A stretch of DNA of 64,000 nucleotides from Camelus dromedarius (Eukaryota): the NCBI RefSeq assembly GCF_036321535.1, contig NC_087437.1, positions 114,764,001-114,828,000 on the forward strand, in the 5' to 3' direction. Position 1 is the first letter of the stretch, and each line of letters opens with the position of its first letter. The notes below the pieces were generated by a model. The model made no database searches, was not told where the DNA came from, and saw only the letters and a list, made by a program, of their open reading frames with translations. Made by a program: the position numbers and the translations under genes. Shown one piece after another: positions 35,846-48,270 of this stretch.

Positions 35846-38800
35846 CTTTCTCATTTTTAAATCCCCAATGCCTAGCGTAGTGTCTGATATACCCAATAAA
35901 TATATTTTGAGTTATGAACAGATGGACATTCCTGGTCTTGAACTTCCCAGCTGCCTTTGTGAAGGGCATATGGTACCTGGGGAAGGTTACAGACACCCCA
36001 TCCAGTGGCTTCTCAGCTCACGTACAATAAACAGAATTCCTTGCACAGCCTGCATGCTTGGCAACCACACTCCCCTCCGACCTGTTTCTTATCATTTCCC
36101 TCTTGCTTATCAAGATGACCATGAATTAGATTGTCCAAACCAGGGCACTTTGGGCAGATGTGCTGGGACAACAGGCATCACCTAGCATGGTCCCAGCACA
36201 CCAGGATGTGAGGTCAGCCTGGTCATCACAGTTCAGCCATGCTGGCTTCCCATCTGCCCCTGAACACCCAGTTCTTTCCCTGCTGAGGGCCTTTGCACAG
36301 GCTGTGTCCTGTGCCTGGAGGCCCCTTCCTTGCTCTCCCCTTGTCTGGCTCTTTGCAGGACTTCAGGTCTTGGCTGCAACCTCTCCTCCTCAGGAGGTCC
36401 CCGCTGGCCTCTTTCTGGCTGAGACCCACCTGCCATTCTCTCTACTTCATGTTCGTTCTCTTCACAGCATTGGTCACAATGTATGATTACACACTCATTT
36501 GCTTGTCTGCTTTTGGTCCGCTTACTCTAGACTGTCAGCATTTCCCTTTTATTTGGAAAAGGAAAATAGAACCGACATGCTGTTTGGTGCCTGAGAAAAG
36601 CTAGACAGTGAATAAATAGCTGTTGAATGAATGAATGGTCCATGAGGGTAAGAAGGGCAGTGTCATATGACCATACAGACGGCAGCTGGGAAATGAGGAA
36701 AACCCGGCTGAAGAGCCCGGGCCTGTGCGGAGTGAGCTCAGAAGCTGGAAGACATTAGAACAGTGAGGGACTCTTGTCTCCCAAGCTGCTCTTTTAGCCA
36801 GAGAATTTGCTGGAATCGTCGTCAACATTGGTCACTTCTCTCCAAAAGCTATTATGAAAATGACATCTTTACTGTAGCTACTCACTCATTCACCCGCCTA
36901 CCCACCTGCCAAGACCCAGCCACAGTTCCGACCAGTATCCCTCCCTCTCTCCCTCCCTCCCTCCATCCATCCATCCATCCGTGCACCATCTACCTGCAAT
37001 ATACCCTTCCGCTCACCCATTCCCTTACCACCACCCTACCCATGTCCCCGTCCCTGGTGCTTGGGCTTGGTCATGTGGCCCCTATTGGCTCTAAACATTG
37101 CCAGCAGGAACAGTGGTTTGCTTAGGTCAGTTCCCATTCAAGCATCCTAAGAGGAAGGTCACCTGCATTCAAAACACAGAGGGAAAAAAAAAAACAACAC
37201 AGAGAAGACTCCTGCAGTTTCCTTCCAGACCTCGCTGATCTGGGGATGTAGGAAAGCTCAGGCCCAGTGGCAGGTCTGGTTCTTCCAAAGGTCAGTCTGT
37301 GGATCTGTCTGCCTGGACCCAGTGATTCTGTGCTTGACAATCTCCCATCTAGAGGCCGAGATGTAGGGCATCCTAAGGGGCCCTCGGAGCTGCTCCCTGT
37401 CCCTCCAACCCCCTTCCTTTTCTCCTTGCCCCCGGAGGATGAAATAGGAAGGGTTGCAGCCAGAGAATGTTGGGAGTTGGCCAGGACTTTGGAGTTGCTC
37501 TGTCGGAGCCTCATTTACAGAGGAGGAAACCTGAGCCCCAGCATCTTAATGTCCACGGGAGTCAGGAGCTACTGTTACCAGCATCCAGCCCGAAATGTGG
37601 GGGACTCTGCCAGGGAGAAGCACAGCCTCAAAGGGGACACATTCTGTTGCCTGTGGGGCTTTCCCTTCCCTTACCCCACGCCCAAACTGGAGACTGCACC
37701 TGCACTCGGGCCCTGCAGCTGGGAGCAAACAGAGTTATTTTTATTTTCTCTGTGTCTTAAACACAAGGATGACCTCTGCTGAGTAAGTCCCAGTGATGCT
37801 GTCCGGGGTTTTAACTCACACTGGCACATCTTATACCTAGGTAGCTCCTTCTGGAAGAACCAAGATCAAACGGAAGCCAAAGTTCTGGTTCAGGAGAGAG
37901 AGGTTTCCAAGAATTAGCCAGATGGTTGTAGAGCCCGACAAGCCGCAGGCACAGGGAGCGATATATAACCCAGGCTCTCCCTGCCCGCGGCCTCCCCGCC
38001 TATCACTGACACCTTCTAGGCTATCCTGCTGAGACTTGCGTCTGCACCGAAGCATCCTGCAGAGGGCTGGGGCTGCTGAATGTTACTCCTCTTACCAGAC
38101 AGACTCAGGCTGTTTCCCCAATTCAAAAGCACACCTCAAAAGAGAGATTGCTTTATCTGCTCCCTGGCAAGTACATTTCCTGCCCCGCGGCCAACAAGTC
38201 CCCCATATCCTGCTATGGACTCAGCCTTTCACAGACTTATTGATTTAGTCCATTTAGAAAAAAATGTACCTTTGGAGATAAAAAGTAGGGTAAAGAAAGG
38301 AAATTACTGTGGAAATGCAAAAAAAACCCAAAAGGTGGTGGCCGGCATGTGTTAAAAGTCAATGGAATGCCTAGTTGAAAGGCTCTTTTTTTGTTCCCTT
38401 GTAACAGGTCCAAGGGATTGACTGAGACCTCCCCTCCCACTCAGTGGTGCTAATGCTCAGTGGAAAAAGTGCTTTTACAAATGGGCCCCATTGACAACGA
38501 CATTCTGAAACACGAAACGCTGCAGCTGCCCCACCGGGTGCCTGGAAGTGCTTATTTATGAGCTTCATAACCAGTTACAGTTGGGGTTGCTCCTGCATAG
38601 TCTGTCATTGGCCCCCCGTTTTCCAACCTGGGGATCAGAGATGGTATCAACTGTTGGACGGTTGGACAGCTCTCAGATTAATGAATTTTCTTTCTCTCCT
38701 TTTAAAAAAATCACTCTGCAGCAGACTGGCATTCAGAAAGATGAAGGAAATGGGAGAGGATCCTATGGTTTGCTGGGCTTTGGGGACATTGTTTGCAGCT

Positions 38801-39329
38801 AACTGACTGTTTGCAGATGATTTCCAATTTAGGAGGAGCCAGAAGTCAGACCAGGAATGCAGGAACACAAGGATGGCTAATATCGGTCTCCTGGACAAAT
38901 AACTCATCAAGTAAACTTCAAATTGTGGCTTTGAAAAGGGCAACTTACTATATATATTTGAGTATCAGATAGTTGAAGGATTTAAACATAAAAAGCAACT
39001 ATGTCATGTATGCTGCCTCAGCTCACAAGGAGGCTGCACAACTCCAGTGTCGCATCTGTGTTCCAGGTATTGATGAAAAGCTGCTAAAATGACTTTCTGG
39101 AAGCCTTAGCAACTTCCACTTATATTTAATTGGCCTAAATCTAGATGTAAAGGAGGCTAGGAAATATAAATATGTTTATCTAGACACATTGCTACCCTCA
39201 AACAAAATTCTGTTACTAAGAAAAAAATAGTAGAAATGGTAACAGGTCCACAACTAGTAGCATCATCCTTCTCAGCGTCTTACTGTCTAATTGTTGTAAA
39301 AAGATGGAAACAAGAATGACACTAGGTTC

Positions 39330-39850
39330 TAGGACTGGCGGACTGAGGCCAAAGATACAGTGTGCTGAGATGAGGGACGCCTGGGGTTTGGGGAGCAACG
39401 CTTCTCTTCCAGTTGTGTTGTTTGAGATGCCTGTGAGACGCCCGAGTGGAGAAATCAAGGAGGCTGTGCGATGTGCATGTCTGGCGCTCTGGGGAGATAC
39501 AGAATTGAGAAAAAGCAGCATATGAACGAAATTTTAAACTCGTGGACAGGATGAATTCATCCAGGAAGGAAGAGAGAGTCAAGGACAGAGGTCTGAGTCT
39601 GGGAGGGAAGAAGAGCAAAAGTGTCTGCACTAGAGGCAGCGGTGAGCAGGAGGGGGACCAGGTGGCTGCAGTGTCCTCGGGCCAAAGGAAGAGGCTTCCA
39701 GCAGAAGGGGGTGGTCCATCGGGTGACGTGGCTGTTGCGACGGTGAGTAAGATAAGGACGGAAAATGGACCAGTGGTTTTGGCAAAGTGAGGCCGTTTGT
39801 GACTCTGGGAAGAGCTTTTAATAGCTGTGTAGTGGACTTGGCATGCATTC
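39330..39850. mobile_element. LINE-2 fragment
   Basis: L2-like gtttgagatgcctgtgagacgcccgagtggaga, aagataaggacggaaaatggacc. Confidence 0.6.
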
Positions 39851-40178
39851 CCCCAGTCACGCACAGCTGATCATTTCTTTTCTCTCTCTCTTTTTTTGGC
39901 TAATGAAGAAAATGCTACGAAGAATATCTTGTGCATTTTTTTTGCTAATATGTGCAAGGATTCCTTTTGGGTAAAGCCCAGAAACTAGTGAGTCAAAGAG
40001 ATGCATAAGTCAAATTGTATGTAATCCGCATTGTCAACTGTCTACCAAATGGTTACACCCCCACCTACAGTGTGTCTGTCAGTTTAACGTAAAGTGAAAT
40101 CTTTGGTAAGCTGATAGCTGGAAACTATCTTATTTAAAATCAAATATCAAATTATTATTCAAATACCTTATTTGAAGA

Positions 40179-40384
40179 CACACATTACTATGTATAAAAC
40201 AAACAACATGGACCTACTGTAGAGCACAGGGAACTATATTCAATTTCTTATAATAACAGAAAATGGAAAAGAGTCGGAAAAGAAAATATATACATATAAG
40301 TGTACGTATAAGTGAATCACTTTGCTGTGTACCAGTAACTAGCATTGTAAATCAACTACATGTCAATGAAAACTTAAAAAAAAA
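40179..40384 (+). mobile_element. Short LINE-1 3'UTR fragment
   Basis: gacctactgtagagcacagggaactatattcaa...ttgtaaatcaactac plus A tail; same family as the other L1 3' ends here. Confidence 0.8.
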
Positions 40385-40959
40385 TCTTGTTTGAATTTCT
40401 TTAATTTCTTTTTAAGTCATCCATTTGTATTCCTATATTTTCCCCATTTTTCTTTTCAGTTTTTTTCTTGTCGATTTATCACAGCTCCTTTATACACATA
40501 TTACATTTTTTTTCCAGTTTATGGCTTATCTTGATTTTTAAGTGTTATTTTTGCCAACTTTAACTTCTACATTATATATAGTTAAATTTCTTGCTTTTCC
40601 CCTGTCTGCTTAGAAAGGCCTTTGTCACCCCAAGACTATAAAAACATTCACTCCTTGTCTTGTAGGTTTTATAGTTTCTTTTTAAAAGTGAATCTTTGAC
40701 CTATTTGAGATTTTATTTTGGTGCCAGAAGCGGGGTTGAAAACCAAGCTTTATTTTCCAACAGTCAGTTGGCCAGTCACTTTTATTATTTAACATGTTTC
40801 CGTATGTGGACGAATCTCTTTCTCTATTCTCTCTTGTCTCATAATTCTATCCATGGATTGTCTATGGCTGTGTACAAAACTGTTTTAATTACTGCAGCTT
40901 TACATATCAGTTAGGGTGTGTTTCTGTTGCCAGTGATGGAAAATCCATCTGAAACTGAT

Positions 40960-41810
40960 TTCTCTAGAAATGTTGATTTTGTATCCTCCAACTTTACTGA
41001 AATCATTGATTAGTTTCAACAGTTTTTTTTTTTTTTGGTTGAGACTTTCTGTATACAGAGTCATATCATCTGCAAATAACAACAGTCTCCTTCTTCTTTC
41101 CTGATTTGGATGTCTTTTATTTCTTTGTCTTGCCTAATCCTTCTAGCTAGGACATGAAGCACTGTCTCGAAAAGAGTGGTGAGACCAAATGAGAAAAGAG
41201 ATTAAACCAGAAATCAAAAACCGCCCAACACAGAGAACCTCAGGACCAGATGGCTTCCTCGGCAAATTCTACCAAACATCAAAGAAGAATTAACACCGAT
41301 CCTTCTCACACTCTCCCAAAAAATTGAGGAGGAGGTAATACTTCCAAACTCCTTTCACGAGGCCAGCATTGCTCTGACAACAAAGCCAGATAATGACATC
41401 ACAAGGGAAAAACAAAACAAAACAAAACTATAGACCAATATCCCTAATGACTATAGACGGGAAAATTCTCAACAAAATATTAGCAAAACCAAATTCGAGA
41501 ACACATAGAAAGGATTATACACTGTGACCAAGTGGGATTCATCCCTGGAATGCAACATATACAAATCAATAAATACAATCATTACATTAATAAAATGAAA
41601 GATAAAAATCACGCGATCATCTCAATAGATGCAGAAAAAGCATTTGACAAAATGCAACATCCTTTCATGATTAAAAACCCTCAGCAGATTGGGTATAGAA
41701 GGAACATACCTTAACACAGTTACAACAAACCACAACGAACATTATACTCAAAGGAGAAAAATGGAAAGCTTTTCCTCTGAGATCAGGAACGAGACCAGGA
41801 TGCCCACTTT
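40960..41810. mobile_element. LINE-1 ORF2 RT fragment with internal inversion
   Basis: Minus part 40960-41184 encodes LFADDM..LLKLINDFSKVGGYKIN; plus part 41185-41810 encodes [31 protein letters not shown]. Confidence 0.9.
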
Positions 41811-42159
41811 AGGTTTCTCCTTTGAAAGCCAATCTGATCGTGCATTAGGTGCTGAGGGAGGGAGGGAGGAGGGATATTGCAGGGCTGCAGGGAGACCAAC
41901 CTGCCCCTTCCTTTGCTGTCCTGTTGGCATCGCCTTGTGTGGCCCTCACCCTCACAGGGTGGTTGGTGCCAGTCTGTATGCCCTGAGCCAGCCCCCTTGG
42001 AGCCCTCGAAGATCCCAGAGTAACAGCTCAGCCCCCAGTGTTCTGCGCCCCAGCTCTGCAGACCTGTCCTCTGAACTTCCAAACCTCTCAGCGCTTCCCG
42101 TGCCTCCCTGCCCTGCAAGGGACCGCTGCCTCCTGCAGTTACTTTCTCTGTATTCGTTC

Positions 42160-42687
42160 CGTACTGGCTTCCTGTGGCATGCAACAGAGGATCACAAATG
42201 CAGTAGCTTAAAACATCACAAAGTTGTTATCTTACAGTTCTGGAGGTTAGGAGTCCAATGCCGCTCTCCCCAGCTGGAAACCAAGGTGCTGGCAGAGCTG
42301 GTTCCTCCCGGAGGCTCTGGGGGAGAATCCGTTTCCTTGTCTTTTCCAGCTTCTAGGTGCCACCTGCATTCCTGGGCTCATGGCCCCATGGCCCCATGGC
42401 CCCTTGTCCATCTTCAAAGCCAGGAGTAACACAGGGCTAACTCCTCCTCAAGCTGCCATCTTGCTTATTGTGCCTCTTCGGCCTCCCTCCTCTACTTACA
42501 AAGACCCTTGTGAATCCATGGGGCCCACCTGGATAACCCGCCAACTGTCCCTACTTTAGGTCAGCTGACTAGCAACCTCAGCTCCACCTGCAACCTCAGT
42601 GCGCCCTCGCCTTGTGTGCTTCCGTATGCATAGGCTTTGGGTATTATGTTGTGGACATCTCTAGGGGACTTTCTTTTGCCTACCACA
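42160..42687 (-). mobile_element. MLT1-type (MaLR) LTR
   Basis: ttatcttacagttctggagg..., cttttccagcttctaggtgccacctgcattcctgg, ending gcctaccaca. Confidence 0.8.
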
Positions 42688-43264
42688 GTCCTCTTTTCAC
42701 CTTTTCTATTCTCCAACTATTTCCTTATATTAACTACCCTCCCATAATAACTGGGTGCAGTTTCTATATTCTTAACTGGATCTTGCCTGATCTTAATACA
42801 ATGGTTATTGCTTGTGATAGGAAAGCTTTTAACCTATTTTTATCTGTCTACCTACCTACCTACCTATCTATCATCTATCTATTTATTTATTTTTTAACCA
42901 TCCATCTTATTGAACTAGATTTTCTAGGCATTCAACCATGTTATCAGGAAATAAATATAATGTTCCCTCCTATTTTCAACCATTTATTTCTCTCATTGAT
43001 TCTCTTGTTCAACATTATAGTTCACTTTTGGAATAATGTTCAACAATGGAGGTGTGTCCCCTTGCTTTATACTTAAAATGTGTGTCTGTGCCACACATGT
43101 GCATTAAAAAAAATCATTTTAAAGAAAGATCAATCTAATCCTATTTTACTACTTTTCAAGTTTTAGAAACATTTTTATTTTTTAACCTTAAATTTATTTA
43201 TTTATTTTTGAAACCTCATAGTTCAAAATTCAAAAAAGACAAAAGGCTCTAATAAGGTGTGAGA

Positions 43265-43812
43265 AGGCATATATTTGGAAAAAATTCTAATTCCAAAAGA
43301 CACATGGACCCCAATGTTCACAGCAGCACTATTTACAATAGCCAAGACATAGAAGCAACCTAAATGTCCATCGACAGATAAATAGGTAAAGAGGATGTGA
43401 TATGTTTACGCAGTGGAATACTACTCAGCCATAAAAAAGATTGTAGTAATGCCATATGCAGCAACATGGCTGGACCTACAGATTATCATATTAAGTGAAG
43501 TAAGTCAGACAGAGAAAGACAAATATCGTATTAGGTCACTAATATGTGGAATCTTTAAAAAAAATACAAATTTTTATAGAAATAGACTCATGGACATAGA
43601 AAACGAACTGTGGTTACCAGGGGGAAAAGGTGGGGAGAGAGAGATCAATTAGGAGTTTGGGATTAATAGATATACATTACTATATATAAAACAGATAAAC
43701 AACAAGAACCTACTGTATAGCACAGGGAACTATATTCAATTTCTTACAATGAGCTGTAATGGAAAAGAAACTGAAAAAAAATGTATGTATTTATATGTAT
43801 AACTGAATCTCT
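43265..43812 (+). mobile_element. LINE-1 3' end
   Basis: ORF 43413..43652 EYYSAIKK...ATWLDLQIIILSEVSQTEKDKY, then 3'UTR. Confidence 0.9.
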
Positions 43813-45004
43813 CTGGGGCCTCTTGGAGCCAGAGTTTAGACCTCTGAGGAGGGGCTCTACTTGGCCACCATTTCACTCTGAGGAGGTGCCATGAGGCTGG
43901 TGCAGGGAGAGCCAAGGGACCTGGGGTTAGAACTGACTGCAGTTACTGAAGCTCATTTCCCTCTAGCGCCTCCTGCTGGAATCTGTATGGCAAAGGGGTC
44001 CCAGTCCCTGTGTCTAGTCAACCACAGAAGGGTAGTATTTTTAGACCTCAGAAATGGTAGGCAAATAATTAGCACCTGAAAGAATCCAGATTCTTTCCTT
44101 CTTTCTCTATGGCCTTAAATAGTTTCAATTTCCGTGAAAGCAACGATCCTTTCAAAGTTCGAAAGCGTTGCCATCAAACCATCTGAGCATGAGGCTTTTT
44201 TTGGGGGGTGGGGGGGAATAGTTCATTGACAGCTTTTACCATTTTAACCCAAATCGCAGGGTTAGCCTTCCCATCTATTCTGCAGTCTAGTTTTAGTAAG
44301 AGGTACTTTCCCAGAAGACCATTAACTGGCAAGAGTTGCCAAAAGTATTGTTTCATAATTATTTCCCTTCCTTAATCCTGATTTTATGTATTTGTGTTCT
44401 CTCATCCCTGTCTTTTTTTTAAAAAGTGATCAAGCTAGTTTGTGATCTTTTGACTTTGCTTTTCAAAACCCCTAAATCTTGAATTCATTATCAATTCTTC
44501 TGGTTTCTTTCCCTTTATGTTTTCATTAAGTTTTGTATTAATTTTTCGAGGCCCTCCCCCACCGAAATGCTTGATTCATTTTTGCATGAAGTGTTTAAGG
44601 ATATGATTATTACTTTGCCTTCAGCTTTGACCCTCTCTCTGGGGTTTGATATATAATATCCTCATTATTGTAATTTCCTAGATAGGCTACAGTTCTAGTT
44701 TGATTTCCTCTTTGAAACAAGGAAAAACAGACTTTTTTTTACATTTCCGATAGCTTGGGTATTAATATTTTTTTTGCTTCAACTTTATTATTTTTAGTTT
44801 TATTATAGCTTTAGAATGTGGTTTCTATTTCACTTCTTGGAAGTTATTGAGGTTTTCTTTGTGATCTAATATATTGTAAAATTGTGTTAGTCTGCTAGTG
44901 TTTTTGAAAAGACCGTGTGCTGTATTTTTTCTTTTTAGGATGCAGAATTAGACATATATGTATACGATCAATCTTGTTCATCCTATGATTCAGACCAACT
45001 TTAT

Positions 45005-45010
<6 letters not shown>

Positions 45011-45044
<34 letters not shown>
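45011..45044. repeat. (GT)17 microsatellite
   Basis: Read directly from the sequence. Confidence 0.95.
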
Positions 45045-45045
<1 letters not shown>

Positions 45046-45832
45046 CTTGGTTTTGTTTTGCTTTGTTTTATCTTGTTTGGTCTTACTTGATAATAGTGAG
45101 TTAAAATATCTTGCTAGTAATGTGTTTCTGCCAGTTTTTTTCCAGTTCATGAGAGAGGTCTTTTCATTGTGGATTATGAAATTCATCCTAATGAAATGAC
45201 CCTTGTGGATAACTTAGTGAATTTTCCTTGAATTCAAGTTTCTTTGATATTAATATTAGACACCTTCCCTTGATTTCTTTTTATTTGCCATCATTTTACT
45301 CATCATTTACCTACCATTTTGTTTGTAATTTTACTTCCAGCTTCACTAAGTCATTTTGTCTTAATATATGGGCATATACTTAGATTTTTTAAATCCAGTA
45401 AGAGAATTTTTACCTTTTAGTATGTTTATCTGGTTATATTATAAATGATTACATTTAACTGAAAACATATTTGTGTGTGTATTTTTAATATTTCCTTTTT
45501 ATTTTTTTCTGTTTCTAACCATTTGCTATGTTGATTTTTTTTTCCCTTTGAGTGTAGAAGGCATATAGTCTGTTTGGGTTTCAGTATTTACCTTTATAAC
45601 TTTAAATAATATACTTAAGCCTATTTTTCACAACATACCCGTCTCGGTCACACAACCAACCCTCTTTAGTTTCTCATATGAAAGATGAGAAAATTAGTAC
45701 TCTGGGGCCACCTGTTCTCCTCTTCCCCAATTTTATTCACTCCTTCTGGCGATTTTGTCCTACTTTATATTACTGTCATTTAAAAATAATTAAATAGTTT
45801 CCTCTTTTCCAGGAATTAAAACAATTATATTC

Positions 45833-45977
45833 TTTTTTTTTTTTTTTTTTTTGGTTGGGGGAGGTAATTAGGTTTATGTGGTATTTATTTATTCTTAGAG
45901 GAGGTACTGGGGATTGAACCCCTGACCTCATGCATGCTAAGCGTGTTCTTTACCACTTGAGCTATACCTTCCCCCCC
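45833..45977 (-). mobile_element. tRNA-Ala-derived SINE (Vic-1-like) with intact poly(A) and perfect TSD
   Basis: T20 tail; perfect 15-bp TSD AAAACAATTATATTC at 45818-45832 and 45978-45992. Confidence 0.93.
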
Positions 45978-47574
45978 AAAACAATTATATTCCTGTAATT
46001 AGAATTTCTACCTTATTTAGAGGTAATTCATATTTAATAGATTCAAGACTCAAAGCTGATGTTTTACCCTATGACTTCTCCACTTCTGAGTTATTTATTT
46101 TTATTTTAACTCTCAAACAGATTACATTTTTAACTAAATTTTTTTCAGTTTTACTGAGGTATAATTGAAGTACACGAAACTGCACATATACAATTTAACT
46201 AAACTTCTGGAGATGATGGAAGTATTTATTATCTTGATTGCTCAGAAATAATATAGGTGGAATTTCCCTTTCCTGTGTTTTCCTGAGCACTGTTTGAAAC
46301 CTCCTCTTAGTGCTTATTCTGGAAGGTGAAATGTTAATAATTTCTATTCTGTTTAGATCTTCCATTGCTCAAGGGTCTGGAAGGAGGACCAAGGTTATGG
46401 GCAGCCGCATTCTGGAACTTCTGGCCCTGTGCTTTCCCTCTGAATGTGTTGACTCCATTGGAAACTGCATTGATGTCTTATCTTGTTCTGTGCACATGGG
46501 GTTACCCTTGGATTTCAGTTTGTTCCTCTGCCTGCATTGGTGTGAAAAGCTGAGTTGGAGTGACGCCATGTAGCCTGGTTTGTAAGATTCTTTTTTTTTT
46601 TTTTGTCTATTAGCACTTATTTTTATCCAACAATTGCCACTTGTCTGCAGCTCCCAGATCTTCCCAGTTAAGAAAGAAGCTCCTCTGTAAGAAGTTGACA
46701 TTTGAGCAGGACCATGAATGAAGGGAAGGAATAAGCTGTTTGAAGATTTAGGGAGAGAGCCTTCCAGGTAGAAGGAAGAGCAGATAAAGAAGACCAGAGC
46801 TGGGGAAAAGCTTGATGCTGCTTTAGTTGAGAGCCTTTTCTTTGAGCCTTGCTGCACTTGCTGATGTGCAGTGGAAGAACTGTTCTAAGTGAGGGTTTTC
46901 CTGTTCTTTCCCAGCCAACTCATGCCTTTCCCAGCTCTTTCAAGAAGCAGCGGGGGTTTTGAGGAGAGGGAGATCATTTTGGAGTTTCCTTCTCTTTCTC
47001 TGGTGACATTCACTGTCCTCGCAAGCTGGGCATTGGTGTGCATGATCCTGACGTGGCCTTTCTCACTCACACCTGGCCAATAGTCTTTGAAGTTTAAGGT
47101 AAGAGGTTGAAGCTTTTCTTAGTTTCATCCTAAATAAAGTTTTATTTCTCATGGAACTCAGTTATCAATTATTCCCTTGTCCTTTTGCTCCTAAGTGCGT
47201 GTGTGTTATGTGTGTTCCCTGCCCTGCCAACCCAGATGTAGAACTCAGTGCTTCTTCAACTTCCCTCCAAACATTCCTCGTTGCCCGAAAGCATTAGTGA
47301 TTTCACAGATTTTACTGAAGGTTTTGTAGGGGAGACAGAGGAGGGAAGTTACATCTTGTACTCCATCACAAACAACTGAAAAATCCTTTCTCTGTTTTAT
47401 TCATTGGGTCCCCCCTCAGTCAATGCCATCACTTAGAGATTCTCTTTCTAAGTGAGTGTTAAGGATGGAACAGTGGGAGCAGTCAGCATCCTTTCCACCT
47501 TGTCCAACTACAGCCTTAGTCTGTTAATACTCTCTTCCTCCCTGGAAATAGCCGTGGAGAGCCATCTATTATTA

Positions 47575-48270
47575 TATTTTTTTAAAAAATTGAGATAAAA
47601 TTCACATAACATAAAATTAACCATTTTAAAAATTGTGGTAAGTTAAATTAACCATTTTAAAGTATACAACTCAGTGTCCTTTAGTATATTTAAACAAATT
47701 GTGCAACCACTACATCTATTTAGTTCCAAAATATTTTAATCACTCCAAAAGGAAACACCATACCCATTAAGCAGTCATACCCTGTTATTCTCCCCCACAA
47801 TCCCTGGGAATCTCCAATCTGGATAGGCTAGTCCAGTAGGGAACACACACAGCACATGTGATCTGCCTATACAATGGAATATTATTTAGCCATAAAAAGA
47901 AATAAAGTTCTGATACATGCCCAATGTGGATGAATCTTGAAGACATCATGCAATTTCATATAAATGCAATCATACAAATATGACCTTTTGTGTCTGGCTT
48001 CTTTCCCTCACCATGTTTTCTTTGAGGTTCATCTACATTAAAACATGTATTCATTTCCTTATTCCTTTTCGTGGCCGAGTAATATTCCATTGTATGGATA
48101 TAGCATACTTTGTTTATCCATTTATCTATTGATGGACATTTAGATTGTTTCCAACTTTTGGCTATTGTGAATAATGCTGCCATGAACATTCATGTACAAG
48201 TATCTGTTTAAATATCTGTTTTCAGTTATTTTTGAGTATATGACCAGGAGTGTAATTGCTGGGTCATTAT
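47575..48270 (-). mobile_element. LINE-1 (L1MB-like) 3' fragment with a short opposite-strand L1 piece at ~47860-47950
   Basis: ORF 47956..48189(-) MFMAALFTIAKSWKQSKCPSIDKWINK..MEYYSA; plus-strand atacaatggaatattatttagccataaaaagaaat lies inside it. Confidence 0.8.

Noticed and set aside
37955..38000. TATATAA with a nearby GC-rich stretch as a possible promoter
   Set aside because: No downstream exon or ORF could be supported; the motif alone is insufficient.
21014..40971. Identical 18-mer ACTGATTTCTCTAGAAAT at 21014-21031 and 40954-40971
   Set aside because: Flanks do not extend the match, and an AT-rich 18-mer pair in 64 kb is plausibly chance.
41689..42429. 246-aa ORF
   Set aside because: Chance read-through across an L1 fragment, unique sequence and an MLT1 LTR; no coherent protein.
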